Source of the DNA: Eledone cirrhosa
Lineage: Eukaryota
Assembly: GCA_964016885.1 (NCBI GenBank)
Contig: OZ024744.1
Span: 127,224,001-127,288,000 of the forward strand
DNA length: 64,000 nt
Direction of reading: 5' to 3'
Within the stretch, counting starts at the first letter, position 1, and each line of letters opens with the position of its first letter. The translations under genes were made by a program, and so were the position numbers. Shown piece after piece: positions 1 through 12,500 of this stretch. The notes under the pieces were generated by a model. The model ran no database searches. It was not told the DNA's origin and saw only the letters and a program-made list of their open reading frames with translations.

Positions 1-2900
1 GTTAAGTTGGGGTTAAGTTAAGTTGGGGGTAAGTTAAGTTGAGGGTAAGTTAAGTTGGGGTTAAGTTAAGTTGGGGTTAAATTAAGTTGGGAGTAAGTTA
101 AGTTGGGGGTAAGTTAAGTTGGGGTTAAGTTAAGTTGGGGTTAAATTAAGTTGAGGTTAAGTTAAGTTGGGGTTAAGTTAAATTGGGGTTAATTTACGTT
201 GGGGGTAAGATAAGTTGGGGCTAAGTTAAGTTGGGGCTAAGTCAAATGGGGTTAAGTCAAGTTGAGGTTAACTTAAGTTGGGGTTATGTTAAGTTGGGGT
301 TAAGTTGGGGCTAAGTTAAGTTGGGGCTGAGTTAAGTTGGGGTTAAGTTAAGTTGGGGTTGAGTTAAGTTGGGGTTAAGTTAAGTTGGGATTAAGTTAAG
401 TTGGGGTTAAGTTAAGTTCGGCTTGAGTTAAGTTGGGGTTAAGTTAAGTTGGGGTTAATTTAAGTTGGGGTTAAGTTAAGTTGGGGTTAAGATAAGTTGG
501 GGTTAAGTTAAGTTGGGGTTAAGTTAAGTTGGGGTTGAGTTAATTTGGGGTTAAGTTAAGTTGGGGTTAAATTAAGTTGGGGTTAAGTTGGGGTTAAGTT
601 AAGTTGGGGTTAAGTTAAGTTGGGGGTAGGTTAAGTTGGGGGCAAGTTAAGTTGGGGTTAAGTTAAGTTGGGGTTAAGTTAAGTTGGGGCTAAGTTAAGT
701 TGGGGCTGAGTTAAGTTGGGGTTAAGTTAAGTTGGGGTTGAGTTAAGTTGGGGTTGAGTTAAGTTGGGGTTAAGTTAAGTTGGCGTTAAGTTAAGTTGGG
801 GTTGAGTTAAGTTGGGGTTAAGTTAAGTTGGGGTTAATTTAATTTGCGGTTAAGTTAGGTTGTGGGTTAAGTTAAGTTGGGGTTAAGTTAAGCTGGGGTT
901 AACTGGGGTAAGTTAAGTTGGGGTAAGTTAAGTTGGGGTTAAGTTAAGTTGGGGTTAAGTTAAGTTGGGGTTGAGTTAAGTTGGGGTTAAGTTAAGTTGG
1001 GGTTAAGTTAAGCTGGGGGTAAGTTGGGGTAAGTTAAGTTGGGGTAAGTTAAGTTGGGGTTAAGTTAAGTTGGGGTTAAGTTAATTTGCGGTTAAGTTAG
1101 GTTGTGGGTTAAGTTAAGTTGGGGTTAAGTTAAGCTGGGGTTAAGTTGGGGTAAGTTAAGTTGGGGTTAAGTTAAGTTGGGGTTAAGTTAAGTTGGGGTT
1201 AAGTTAAGCTGGGGTTAAGTTGGGGTAAGTTAAGTTGGGGTTAAGTTAAGTTGGGGTTAAGTTAAGTTGGGGTTAAGTTAAGTTGGGGGTAAGTTAAGTT
1301 GGGGGCAAGTTAAGTTGGGGTTAAGTTAAGTTGGGGTTAAGTTAAGTTGGGGTTAAGTTAAGTTGGGGTTAAGTTAAGTTAGGGTTAATTTCAGTTGGGG
1401 TTATGTTAAGTTGGGGTTAAGTTAAGTTGGGGTTAAGTTAAAGTTGGGGTTAAGTTAAGTTGGGGTTCAGTTGGGGTAAGTTAAGTTGGGGGTAAGTTAA
1501 GTTGGGGTTAAGTTAAGTTGGGGTTAAGTTAAGTTGGGGTTGAGTTAAGTTGGGGTTAAGTTAAGTTAGGGTTAATTTCAGTTGGGGTTATGTTAAGTTG
1601 GGGTTAAGTTAAGTTGGGGTTAAGTTAAAGTTGGGGTTAAGTTCAGTTGGGGTTAATTTCAGTTGGGGTTATGTTAAGTTGGGGTTAAGTTAAGTTGGGG
1701 TTAAGTTAAAGTTGGGGTTAAGTTAAGTTGGGGTAAAGTTAAGTTAGGGTTAAGTTAAGTTGGGGTTAAGTTAAGTTGGGGTTAAATTAAGTTGGGGTTA
1801 AGTTAAGTTGGGGTTAAGTTAAGTTGGGGTTAAATTAAGTTGGGGTTCAGTTAAGTTGGGGTTAAATTAAGTTGGGGTTAAGTTAAGTTGGGGTTAGTTA
1901 AGTTGGGGTTAAGTTAAGTTGGGGTTAAGTTAAGTTGGGGTTAAGTTAAGTTGGGGTTAAGTTAAGTTGGGGTTAAGTTAAGTTGGGGTTAAGTTAAGTT
2001 GGGGTTAAGTTAAGTTGGGGTTAAGTTAAGTTGGGGTTAAGTTAAGTTGGGGTTCAGTTCAGTTGGGGTTAAATTAAGTTGGGGTTAAGTTAAGTTGGGG
2101 TTATGTTAAGTTGGGGTTAAGTTAAGTTGCGGTTAAGTTAAGTTGGGGTTAAGTTAAGTTGGGGTTAAGTTAAGTTGGGGTTAAATTAAGTTGGGGTTAA
2201 GTTAAGTTGGGGTTATGTTAAGTTGGGGTTAAGTTAAGTTGCGGTTAAGTTAAGTTGGGGTTAAGTTAAGTTGGGGTTAAGTTAAGTTGGGGTTAAGTTA
2301 AGTTGGGATTAACTTAAGTTGGGGTTAAGTTTGGGTTAAGTTAAGTTGGGGTTAAGTTAAGTTGGGGGTTAGTTAAGTTGGGGGCAAGTTAAGTTGGGGT
2401 TAATTTAAGTTGGGGTTAAGTTAAGTTGGGGTTATGTTAAGTTGGGGTTAAGTTAAGTTGGGGTTAAGTTAAGTTGGGGTAAGTTAAGTTAGGGGTAAGT
2501 TAAGTTGGGGGTAAGTTAAGTTGGGGTTAAGTTAAGTTGGGGTTAAATTGAGTTGGGGGTAAGTTAAGTTGGGGGTAAGTTAAGTTGGGGTTAAGTTAAG
2601 TTGGGGTTAAATTAAGTTGAGGTTAAGTTAAGTTGGGGTTAAGTTAAGTTGGGGTTAAGTTAAGTTGGGGGTAAGATAAGTTGGGGCTAAGTTAAGTTGG
2701 GGCTAAGTTAAGTTGGGGCTAAGTTAAGTTGGGGCTGAGTTAAGTTGGGGTTAAGTTAAGTTGGGGTTGAGTTAAGTTGGGGTTAAGTTAAGTTGGGATT
2801 AAGTTAAGTTGGGGTTAAGTTAAGTTCGGCTTGAGTTAAGTTGGGGTTAAGTTAAGTTGGGTTTAATTTAAGTTGGGGTTAAGTTAAGTTGGGGTTAAGA
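1..2900 (+). repeat. Diverged copy of the ~5,530-8,570 segment (offset ~5.5-5.7 kb)
   Basis: TTTACG (C at 197 vs 5725, offset 5,528), GTCAAATGGGG, AACTGGGGTA and TTAGGGGTAAG occur in the same order in both segments, with several monomer indels. Confidence 0.8.
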
Positions 2901-3509
2901 TAAGTTGGGGTTAAGTTGGGGTAAGTTAAGTTGGGGTTAAGTTAAGTTGGGGTTAAGTTAAGTTGGGGTTAAGTTAAGTTGGGGGTAAGTTAAGTTGGGG
3001 TTAAGTTAAGTTGGGGTTAAGTTAAGTTGGGGTTAAGTTAAGCTGGGGTTAAGTTGGGGTAAGTTAAGTTGGGGTTAAGTTAAGTTGGGGTTAAGTTAAG
3101 TTGGGGTTAAGTTAAGTTGGGGGTAAGTTAAGTTGGGGTTAAGTTAAGTTGGGATTAAGTTAAGTTGGGGTTAAGTTAAGCTGGGGTTAAGTTGGGGTAA
3201 GTTAAGTTGGGGTTAAGTTAAGTTGGGGTTAAGTTAAGTTGGGGTTAACTTAAGTTTGGGTTAAGTTAAGTTGGGGTTAAGTTAAGTTGGGGGTAAGTTA
3301 AGTTGGGTGCAAGTTGAGTTGGGGTTAAGTTAAGTTGGGGTTAAGTTAAGGTGGGGGTAAGTTAAGTTGGGGGTAAGTTAAGTTGGGGTTAAGTTAAGTT
3401 GGGGTTAAGTTAAGTTGGGTTTAAGTTAAGTTGGGGCTAAGTTAAGTTGGGGCTAAGTTAAGTTGGGGCTGAGTTAAGTTGGGGTTAACTTAAGTTGGGG
3501 TTAAGTTGG

Positions 3510-6500
3510 GGTTAAGTTAAGTTGGGGTTAAATTAAGTTGGGGGGTTAGTTAAGTTGGGGCAAGTTAAGTTGGGGTTAATTTAAGTTGGGGTTAAGTTAA
3601 GTTGGGGTTAAGTTAAGTTGGGATTAAGTTAAGTTGGGGTTAATTTAAGTTCGGCTTGAGTTAAGTTGGGGTTAAGTTAAGTTGGGGTTAATTTAAGTTG
3701 GGGTTGAGGTAAGTTGGGGTTATGTTAAGTTGGGGCTAAGTTAAGTTGGGGCTAAGTTAAGTTGGGGCTGAGTTAAGTTGGGGTTAAGTTAAGTTGGGGT
3801 TGAGTTAAGTTGGGGTTAAGTTAAGTTGGGATTAAGTTAAGTTGGGGTTAAGTTAAGTTCGGCTTGAGTTAAGTTGGGGTTAAGTTAAGTTGGGGTTATT
3901 TTAAGTTGGGGTTAAGTTAAGTTGGGGTTAAGATAAGTTGGGGTTAAGTTAAGTTGGGGTTAAGTTAAGTTTGGGTTGAGTTAATTTGGGGTTAAGTTAA
4001 GTTGGGGTTAACTTAAGTTGTGGTTAAGTTGGGGTTAAGTTAAGTTGGGGTTATGTTAAGTTGGGGGTAGGTTAAGTTGGGGGCAAGTTAAGTTGGGGTT
4101 AAGTTAAGTTGGGGTTAAGTTAAGTTGGGTTTACGTTAAGTTGGGGCTAAGTTAAGTTGGGGCTAAGTTAAGTTGGGGCTGAGTTAAATTGGGGTTAAGT
4201 TAAGTTGGGGTTGAGTTAAGTTGGGGTTATGTTAAGTTAGGGTTGAGTTAAGTTGGGGTTGAGTTAAGTTGGGGTTGAGTTAAGTTGGGGTTAAGTTAAG
4301 TTGGCGTTAAGTTAAGTTGGGGTTAAGTTAAGTTGGGGTTAAGTTAATTTGCGGTTAAGTTAGGTTGTGGGTTAAGTTAAGTTGGGGTTAAGTTAAGCTG
4401 GGGTTAAGTTGGGGTAAGTTAAGTTGGGGTAAATTAAGTTGGGGTTAAGTTAAGTTGGGGTTAAGTTAAGTTGGGGTTGAGTTAAGTTGGGGTTGAGTTA
4501 AGTTGGGGTTGAGTTAAGTTGTGGTTGAGTTAAGTTGGGGTTAAGTTAAGTTGGGGTTAAGTTAAGTTGGGGTTAAGTTAAGTTGGGGGTAGCTTAAGTT
4601 GGGGGCAAGTTAAGTTGGGGTTAAGTTAAGTTGGGTTTAAGTTAAGTTGGGGCTAAGTTAAGTTGGGGTTGAGTTAAGTTGGGGTTATGTTAAGTTAGGG
4701 TTGAGTTAAGTTGGGGTTGAGTTAAGTTGGGATTGAGTTAAGTTGGGGTTAAGTTAAGTTGGCGTTAAGTTAAGTTGGGGTTAAGTTAAGTTGGGGTTAA
4801 GTTAATTTGCGGTTAAGTTAGGTTGTGGGTTAAGTTAAGTTGGGGTTAAGTTAAGCTGGGGTTAAGTTGGAGTAAGTTAAGTTGGGGGTAAGTTAAGTTA
4901 GGGTTAAGTTAAGTTGGGGTTAAGTTAAGTTGGGGTTAAGTTAAGTTGGGGTTAAGTTAAGTTGGGGTTGAGTTAAGTTGGGGTTGAGTTAAGTTGGGGT
5001 TAAGTTAAGTTGGGGTTAAGTTAAGTTGGGGTTAAGTTAAGTTGGGGTTAAGTTAAGTTGGGGTTAAGTTAAGTTGGGGTTAAGTTAAGTTGGAGTTAAG
5101 TTAATTTGCGGTTAAGTTAGGTTGTGGGTTAAGTTAAGTTGGGGTTAAATTAAGTTGGGGTTAAGTTGGGGTTAAGTTAAGTTGGGGTTAAGTTAAAGTT
5201 GGGGTTAAGTTAAGTTGGGGTTAAGTTAAGTTAGGGTTAATTTCAGTTGGGGTTATGTTAAGTTGGGGTTAAGTTAAGTTGGGGTTAAGTTAAGTTGGGG
5301 GTAAGTTAAGTGGGGTGTAAGTTAAGTTGGGGTTAAGTTAAGTTGGGGTTCAGTTCAGTTGGGGTTAAGTTAAGTTGGGGTTAAGTTAAGCTGGGGGTAA
5401 GTTAAGTTGGGTGTAAGTTAAGTTGGGGTTAAGTTAAGTTGGGGTTAAGTTAAGTTGGGGGTTAGTTAAGTTGGGGGCAAGTTAAGTTGGGGTTAATTTA
5501 AGTTGGGGTTAAGTTAAGTTGGGGTTATGTTAAGTTGGGGTTAAGTTAAGTTGGGGGTAAGTTAAGTTGAGGGTAAGTTAAGTTGGGGTTAAGTTAAGTT
5601 GGGGTTAAATTAAGTTGGGGGTAAGTTAAGTTGGGGGTAAGTTAAGTTGGGGTTAAGTTAAGTTGGGGTTAAATTAAGTTGAGGTTAAGTTAAGTTGGGG
5701 TTAAGTTAAATTGGGGTTAATTTACGTTGGGGGTAAGATAAGTTGGGGCTAAGTTGTGTTGGGGCTAAGTCAAATGGGGTTAAGTCAAGTTGAGGTTAAC
5801 TTAAGTTGGGGTTATGTTAAGTTGGGGTTAAGTTGGGGCTAAGTTAAGTTGGGGCTGAGTTAAGTTGGGGTTAAGTTAAGTTGGGGTTGAGTTAAGTTGG
5901 GGTTAAGTTAAGTTGGGATTAAGTTAAGTTGGGGTTAAGTTAAGTTCGGCTTGAGTTAAGTTGGGGTTAAGTTAAGTTGGGGTTAATTTAAGTTGGGGTT
6001 AAGTTAAGTTGGGGTTAAGATAAGTTGGGGTTAAGTTAAGTTGGGGTTAAGTTAAGTTGGGGTTGAGTTAATTTGGGGTTAAGTTAAGTTGGGGTTAACT
6101 TAAGTTGGGGTTAAGTTGGGGTTAAGTTAAGTTGGGGTTAAGTTAAGTTGGGGGTAGATTAAGTTGGGGGCAAGTTAAGTTGGGGTTAAGTTAAGTTGGG
6201 GTTAAGTTAAGTTGGGTTTAAGTTAAGTTGGGGCTAAGTTAAGTTGGGGCTAAGTTAAGTTGGGGCTGAGTTAAGTTGGGGTTAAGTTAAGTTGGGGTTG
6301 AGTTAAGTTGGGGTTATGTTAAGTTAGGGTTGAGTTAAGTTGGGGTTGAGTTAAGTTGGGGTTGAGTTAAGTTGGGGTTAAGTTAAGTGGGGTGTAAGTT
6401 AAGTTGGGGTTAAGTTAAGTTGGGGTTCAGTTCAGTTGGGGTTAAGTTAAGTTGGGGTTAAGTTAAGCTGGGGGTAAGTTAAGTTGGGTGTAAGTTAAGT

Positions 6501-9500
6501 TGGGGTTAAGTTAATTTGCGGTTAAGTTAGGTTGTGGGTTAAGTTAAGTTGGGGTTAAGTTAAGCTGGGCTTAACTGGGGTAAGTTAAGTTGGGGTAAGT
6601 TAAGTTGGGGTTAAGTTAAGTTGGGGTTAAGTTAAGTTGGGGTTGAGTTAAGTTGGGGTTAAGTTAAGTTGGGGTTAAGTTAAGTTGGGGTTAAGTTAAG
6701 CTGGGGGTAAGTTGGGGTAAGTTAAGTTGGGGTTAAGTTAAGTTGGGGTTAAGTTAATTTGCGGTTAAGTTAGGTTGTGGGTTAAGTTAAGTTGGGGTTA
6801 AGTTAAGCTGGGGTTAAGTTGGGGTAAGTTAAGTTGGGGTTAAGTTAAGTTGGGGTTAAGTTAAGTTGGGGTTAAGTTAAGTTGGGGGTAAGTTAAGTTG
6901 GGGGCAAGTTAAGTTGGGGTTAAGTTAAGTTGGGGTTAAGTTAAGTTGGGGTTAAGTTAAGTTGGGGTTAAGTTAAGTTGGGGTTAAGTTAAGTTGGGGT
7001 TAAGTTAAGTTAGGGTTAATTTCAGTTGGGGTTATGTTAAGTTGGGGTTAAGTTAAGTTGGGGTTAAGTTAAAGTTGGGGTTAAGTTAAGTTGGGGTTCA
7101 GTTGGGGTAAGTTAAGTTGGGGGTAAGTTAAGTTGGGGTTAAGTTAAGTTGGGGTTAAGTTAAGTTGGGGTTGAGTTAAGTTGGGGTTAAGTTAAGTTAG
7201 GGTTAATTTCAGTTGAGGTTATGTTAAGTTGGGGTTAAGTTAAGTTGGGGTTAAGTTAAAGTTGGGGTTAAGTTCAGTTGGGGTTAATTTCAGTTGGGGT
7301 TATGTTAAGTTGGGGTTAAGTTAAGTTGGGGTTAAGTTAAAGTTGGGGTTAAATTAAGTTGGGGTAAAGTTAAGTTGGGGTTAAGTTAAGTTGGGGTTAA
7401 ATTAAGTTGGGGTTCAGTTAAGTTGGGGTTAAATTAAGTTGGGGTTAAGTTAAGTTGGGGTTAGTTAAGTTGGGGTTAAGTTAAGTTGGGGTTAAGTTAA
7501 GTTGGGGTTAAGTTAAGTTGGGGTTAAGTTAAGTTGGCGTTAAGTTAAGTTGGGGTTAAGTTAAGTTGGGGTTAATTTAAGTTGGGGTTAAGTTAAGTTG
7601 GGGTTAAGTTAAGTTGGAGTTAAGTTAAGTTGGGGTTAAGTTAATTTGGGGTTCAGTTCAGTTGGGGTTAAATTAAGTTGGGGTTAAGTTAAGTTGGGGT
7701 TATGTTAAGTTGGGGTTAAGTTAAGTTGCGGTTAAGTTAAGTTGGGGTTAAGTTAAGTTGGGGTTAAGTTAAGTTGGGGTTAAATTAAGTTGGGGTTAAG
7801 TTAAGTTGGGGTTATGTTAAGTTGGGGTTAAGTTAAGTTGCGGTTAAGTTAAGTTGGGGTTAAGTTAAGTTGGGATTAACTTAAGTTGGGGTTAAGTTTG
7901 GGTTAAGTTAAGTTGGGGTTAAGTTAAGTTGGGGGTTAGTTAAGTTGGGGGCAAGTTAAGTTGGGGTTAATTTAAGTTGGGGTTAAGTTAAGTTGGGGTT
8001 ATGTTAAGTTGGGGTTAAGTTAAGTTGGGGTTAAGTTAAGTTGGGGTAAGTTAAGTTAGGGGTAAGTTAAGTTGGGGGTAAGTTAAGTTGAGGGTAAGTT
8101 AAGTTGGGGTTAAGTTAAGTTGGGGTTAAATTGAGTTGGGGGTAAGTTAAGTTGGGGGTAAGTTAAGTTGGGGTTAAGTTAAGTTGGGGTTAAATTAAGT
8201 TGAGGTTAAGTTAAGTTGGGGTTAAGTTAAGTTGGGGTTAAGTTAAGTTGGGGGTAAGATAAGTTGGGGCTAAGTTAAGTTGGGGCTAAGTCAAGATGGG
8301 GTTAAGTTAAGTTGGGGTTAAGTTAAGTTGGGGTTAAGGTAAGTTGGGGTTATGTTAAGTTGGGGCTAAGTTAAGTTGGGGCTAAGTTAAGTTGGGGCTG
8401 AGTTAAGTTGGGGTTAAGTTAAGTTGGGGTTGAGTTAAGTTGGGGTTAATTTAAGTTGGGATTAAGTTAAGTTGGGGTTAAGTTAAGTTCGGCTTGAGTT
8501 AAGTTGGGGTTAAGTTAAGTTGGGTTTAATTTAAGTTGGGGTTAAGTTAAGTTGGGGTTAAGATAAGTTGGGGTTAAGTTAAGTTGGGGTTAAGTTAAGT
8601 TGGGGTTGAGTTAATTTGGGGTTAAGTTAAGTTGGGGTTAACTTAAGTTGGGGTTAAGTTGGGGTTAAGTTAAGTTGGGGTTAAGTTAAGTTGGGGTTAA
8701 GTTAAGTTGGGGGTAGGTTAAGTTGGGGTTAAGTTAAGCTGGGGTTAAGTTGGGGTAAGTTAAGTTGGGGGTAAGTTAAGTTGGGGTTAAGTTATGTTGG
8801 GGTTAAGTTAAGTTGGGGTTGAGTTAAGTTGGGGTTGAGTTAAGTTGGGGTTGAGTTAAGTTGGGGTTGAGTTAAGTTGGGGTTAAGTTAAGTTGGGGTT
8901 AAGTTAAGTTGGGGGTAAGTTAAGTTGGGGTTAAGTTAAGTTGGGGTTAAGTTAAGTTGGGGTTAAGTTAAGTTGGGGTTAAGTTAAGTTGGGGTTAAGT
9001 TAAGTTGGGGGTTAGTTAAGTTGGGGGCAAGTTAAGTTGGGGTTAATTTAAGTTGGGGTTAAGTTAAGTTGGGGTTATGTTAAGTTGGGGTTAAGTTAAG
9101 TTGGGGTTAAGTTAAGTTGGGGGTAAGTTAAGTTGGGGTTAAGTTAAGTTGGGGGTAAATTAAGTTGAGGGTAAGTTAAGTTGGGGTTAAGTTAAGTTGG
9201 GGTTAAATTAAGTTGGGGGTAGGTTAAGTTGGGGGTAAGTTAAGTTGGGGTTAAGTTAAGTTGGGGTTCAGTTAAGTTGAGGTTAAGTTAAGTTGGGGTT
9301 AAGTTAAATTGGGGTTAATTTAAGTTGGGGGTAAGATAAGTTGGGGCTAAGTTAAGTTGGGGCTAAGTCAAGTTGGGGTTAAGTCAAGTTGAGGTTAACT
9401 TAAGTTGGGGTTATGTTAAGTTGGGGTTAAGTTGGGGCTAAGTTAAGTTGGGGCTGAGTTAAGTTGGGGTTAAGTTAAGTTGGGGTTGAGTTAAGTTGGG

Positions 9501-12500
9501 GTTAAGTTAAGTTGGGATTAAGTTAAGTTGGGATTAAGTTAAGTTGGGGTTAAGTTAAGTTCGGCTTGAGTTAAGTTGGGGTTAAGTTAAGTTGGGGTTA
9601 ATTTATTGTTGGGGTTAAGTTAAGTTGGGGTTAAGATAAGTTGGGGTTAAGTTAAGTTGGGGTTAAGTTAAGTTGGGGTTGAGTTAATTTGGGGTTAAGT
9701 TAAGTTGGGGTTAACTTAAGTTGGGGTTAAGTTGGGGTTAAGTTAAGTTGGGATTAAGTTAAGTTGGGGGTAGGTTAAGTTGGGGGCAAGTTAAGTTGGC
9801 TTTAAGTTAAGTTGGGGCTAAGTTAAGTTGGGGCTAAGTTAAGTTGGGGCTGAGTTAAGTTGGGGTTAAGTTAAGTTGGGGTTGAGTTAAGTTGGGGTTA
9901 TGTTAAGTTAGGGTTGAGTTAAGTTGGGGTTGAGTTAAGTTGGGGTTGAGTTAAGTTGGGGTTAAGTTAAGTTGGCGTTAAGTTAAGTTGGGGTTAAGTT
10001 AAGTTGGGGTTAAGTTAATTTGCGGTTAAGTTAGGTTGTGGGTTAAGTTAAGTTGGGGTTAAGTTAAGCTGGGGTTAAGTTGGGGTAAGTTAAGTTGGGG
10101 TTAAGTTAAGTTGGGGTTAAGTTAAGTTGGGGTTAAGTTAAGTTGGGGGTAAGTTAAGTTGGGGGCAAGTTAAGTTGGGGTTAAGTTAAGTTGGGGTTAA
10201 GTTGGGGTTAAGTTAAGTTGGGGTTAAGTTAAGTTGGGGTTAAGTTAAGTTAGGGTTAATTTCAGTTGGGGTTATGTTAAGTTGGGGATAAGTTAAGTTG
10301 GGGTTAAGTTAAAGTTGGGGTTAAGTTAAGTTGGGGTTAAGTTAAGTTAGGGTTAATTTCAGTTGGGGTTATGTTAAGTTGGGGTTAAGTTAAGTTGGGG
10401 TTAAGTTAAGTTGGAGGTAAGTTAAGTGGGGTGTAAGTTAAGTTGGGGTTAAGTTAAGTTGGGGTTCAGTTCAGTTGGGGTTATGTTAAGTTGGGGTTAA
10501 GTTAAGCTGGGGGTAAGTTAAGTTGGGTGTAATTTAAGTTGGGGTTAAGTTAAGTTGGGGTTAGTTAAGTTGGGGGCAAGTTAAGTTGGGGTTAATTTAA
10601 GTTGGGGTTAAGTTAAGTTGGGGTTATGTTAAGTTGGGGTTAAGTTAAGTTGGGGTTAAGTTAAGTTGGGGGTAAGTTAAGTTGGGGTTAAGTTAAGTTG
10701 GGGGTAAGTTAAGTTGAGGGTAAGTTAAGTTGGGGTTAAGTTAAGTTGGGGTTAAATTAAGTTGGGGGTAAGTTAAGTTGGGGGTAAGTTAAGTTGGGGT
10801 TAAGTTAAGTTGGGGTTAAATTAAGTTGGGGGTAAGATAAGTTGGGGTTAAGTTAAGTTGGGGTGGTTAATTTAAGTTGGGGTTAAGATAAGGTGTGGTT
10901 AAGTTAAGTTGGGGGTAAGTTAAGTTGGGTGTAAGTTAAGTTGGGGTTCAGTTCAGTTGGGGTTCAGTTCAGTTGGGGTTAAGTTAAGTTGGGGTTAAGT
11001 TAAGCTGGGGGTAAGTTAAGTTGGGGTTAAGTTAAGTTGGGGTTAAGTTAAGTTGGGGTTAAGTTAAGTTGGGGTTAAGTTAAGTTGGGGTTAAGTTAAG
11101 TTGGAGTTAAGTTAAGTTGGGGTTAAGCTAAGTTGGGGTTCAGTTAAGTTGGGGTTAAGTTAATTTGGGGCTGAGTTAAGTGGGGTTAAGTTAAGTTCGG
11201 GTTGAGTTAAGTTGGGGTTAAGTTAAGTTGGGGTTAAGTTAAGTTGGGGTTAAGTTAAGTTGGGGTTAAGATAAGTTGGGGTTAAGTTAAGTTGGGGTTA
11301 ATTTAAGTTGGGGTTGAGGTAATTTGGGTTTAAGTTAAGTTGGGCTTAACTTAAGTTGGGGTTAAGTTGGGGTTAAGTTAAGTTGGGGTTAAGTTAAGTT
11401 GGGGGTAAGTTAAGTTGGGGGCAAGTTAAGTTGGGGTTAATTTAAGTTGGGGTTAAGTTAAGTTGGGGTTATGTTAAGTTGGGGTTATGTTAAGTTGGGG
11501 TTAAGTTAAGTTGGGGTTAAGTTAAGTTGGGGGTAAGTTAAGTTGATGGTAAGTTAAGTTGGGGTTAAGTTAAGTTGGGGTTAAGTTAAGTTGGGGGTAA
11601 GATAAGTTGGGGCTAAGTTAAGTTGGGCTTAACTTAAGTTGGGGTTAAGTTGGGGTTAATTTAAGTTGGGGTTAAGTTAAGTTGGGGTTAAGGTAAGTTG
11701 GGGTTAAGTTAAGTTGGGGCTAAGTTAAGTTGGGGCTAAGTTAAGTTGGGGCTGAGTTAAGTTGGGGTTAAGTTGGGGTTGAGTTAAGTTGGGGTTAAGT
11801 TAAGTTGGGGTTAACTTAAGTTGGGGTTAAGTTAAGATGGGGTTAAGTTAAGTTGGGGGTAAGTTAAGTTGGGGGCAAGTTGAGTTGGGGTTAAGTTAAG
11901 TTGGGGTTAAGTTAAGGTGGGGGTAAGTTAAGTTGGGGGTAAGTTAAGTTGGCGTTAAGTTAAGTTGGGGTTAAGTTAAGTTGGGTTTAAGTTAAGTTGG
12001 GGCTAAGTTAAGTTGGGGCTGAGTTAAGTTGGGGTTGAGTTAAGTTGGGGTTAACTTAAGTTGGGGTTAAGTTGGGGTTAAGTTAAGTTGGGGGTTAGTT
12101 AAGTTGGGGGCAAGTTAAGTTGGGGTTAATTTAAGTTGGGGTTAAGTTAAGTTGGGGTTATGTTAAGTTGGGGTTAAGTTAAGTTGGGGTTAAGTTAAGT
12201 TGGGGGTAAGTTAACTGGGGTTAAGTTAAGTTGGGGGTAAGTTAAGTTGAGGCTAAGTTAAGTTGGGGTTAAGTTAAGTTGGGGTTCAATTAAGTTGGGG
12301 GTAAGTTAAGTTGGGGGTAAGTTAAGTTGGGGTTAAGTTAAGTTGGGGTTAAATTAAGTTGAGGTTAAGTTAAGTTGGGGTTAAGTTAAGTTGGGGTTAA
12401 GTTAAGTTGGGGTTAAGATAAGTTGGGGCTAAGTTCAGTTGGGGCTAAGTCAAGTTGGGGTTAAGTCAAGTTGAGGTTAACTTAAGTTGGGGTTAAGTTA

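Noticed and set aside
266-279. GTTAAC/CTTAAG palindromes as regulatory sites or hairpins
   Set aside because: They are by-products of a single G-to-C change in the repeat, too short and with no gene context.
1379-1384. TTAGGG hexamers as a vertebrate-type telomere
   Set aside because: They are isolated single-base variants of TTGGGG propagated within cassettes, never in tandem.
1900-2050. Phased TA steps as a bending or nucleosome-positioning signal
   Set aside because: TTAA spacings of 5 and 11 bp in a 1.5-turn unit place steps on opposite helix faces, so no net phasing can be supported.
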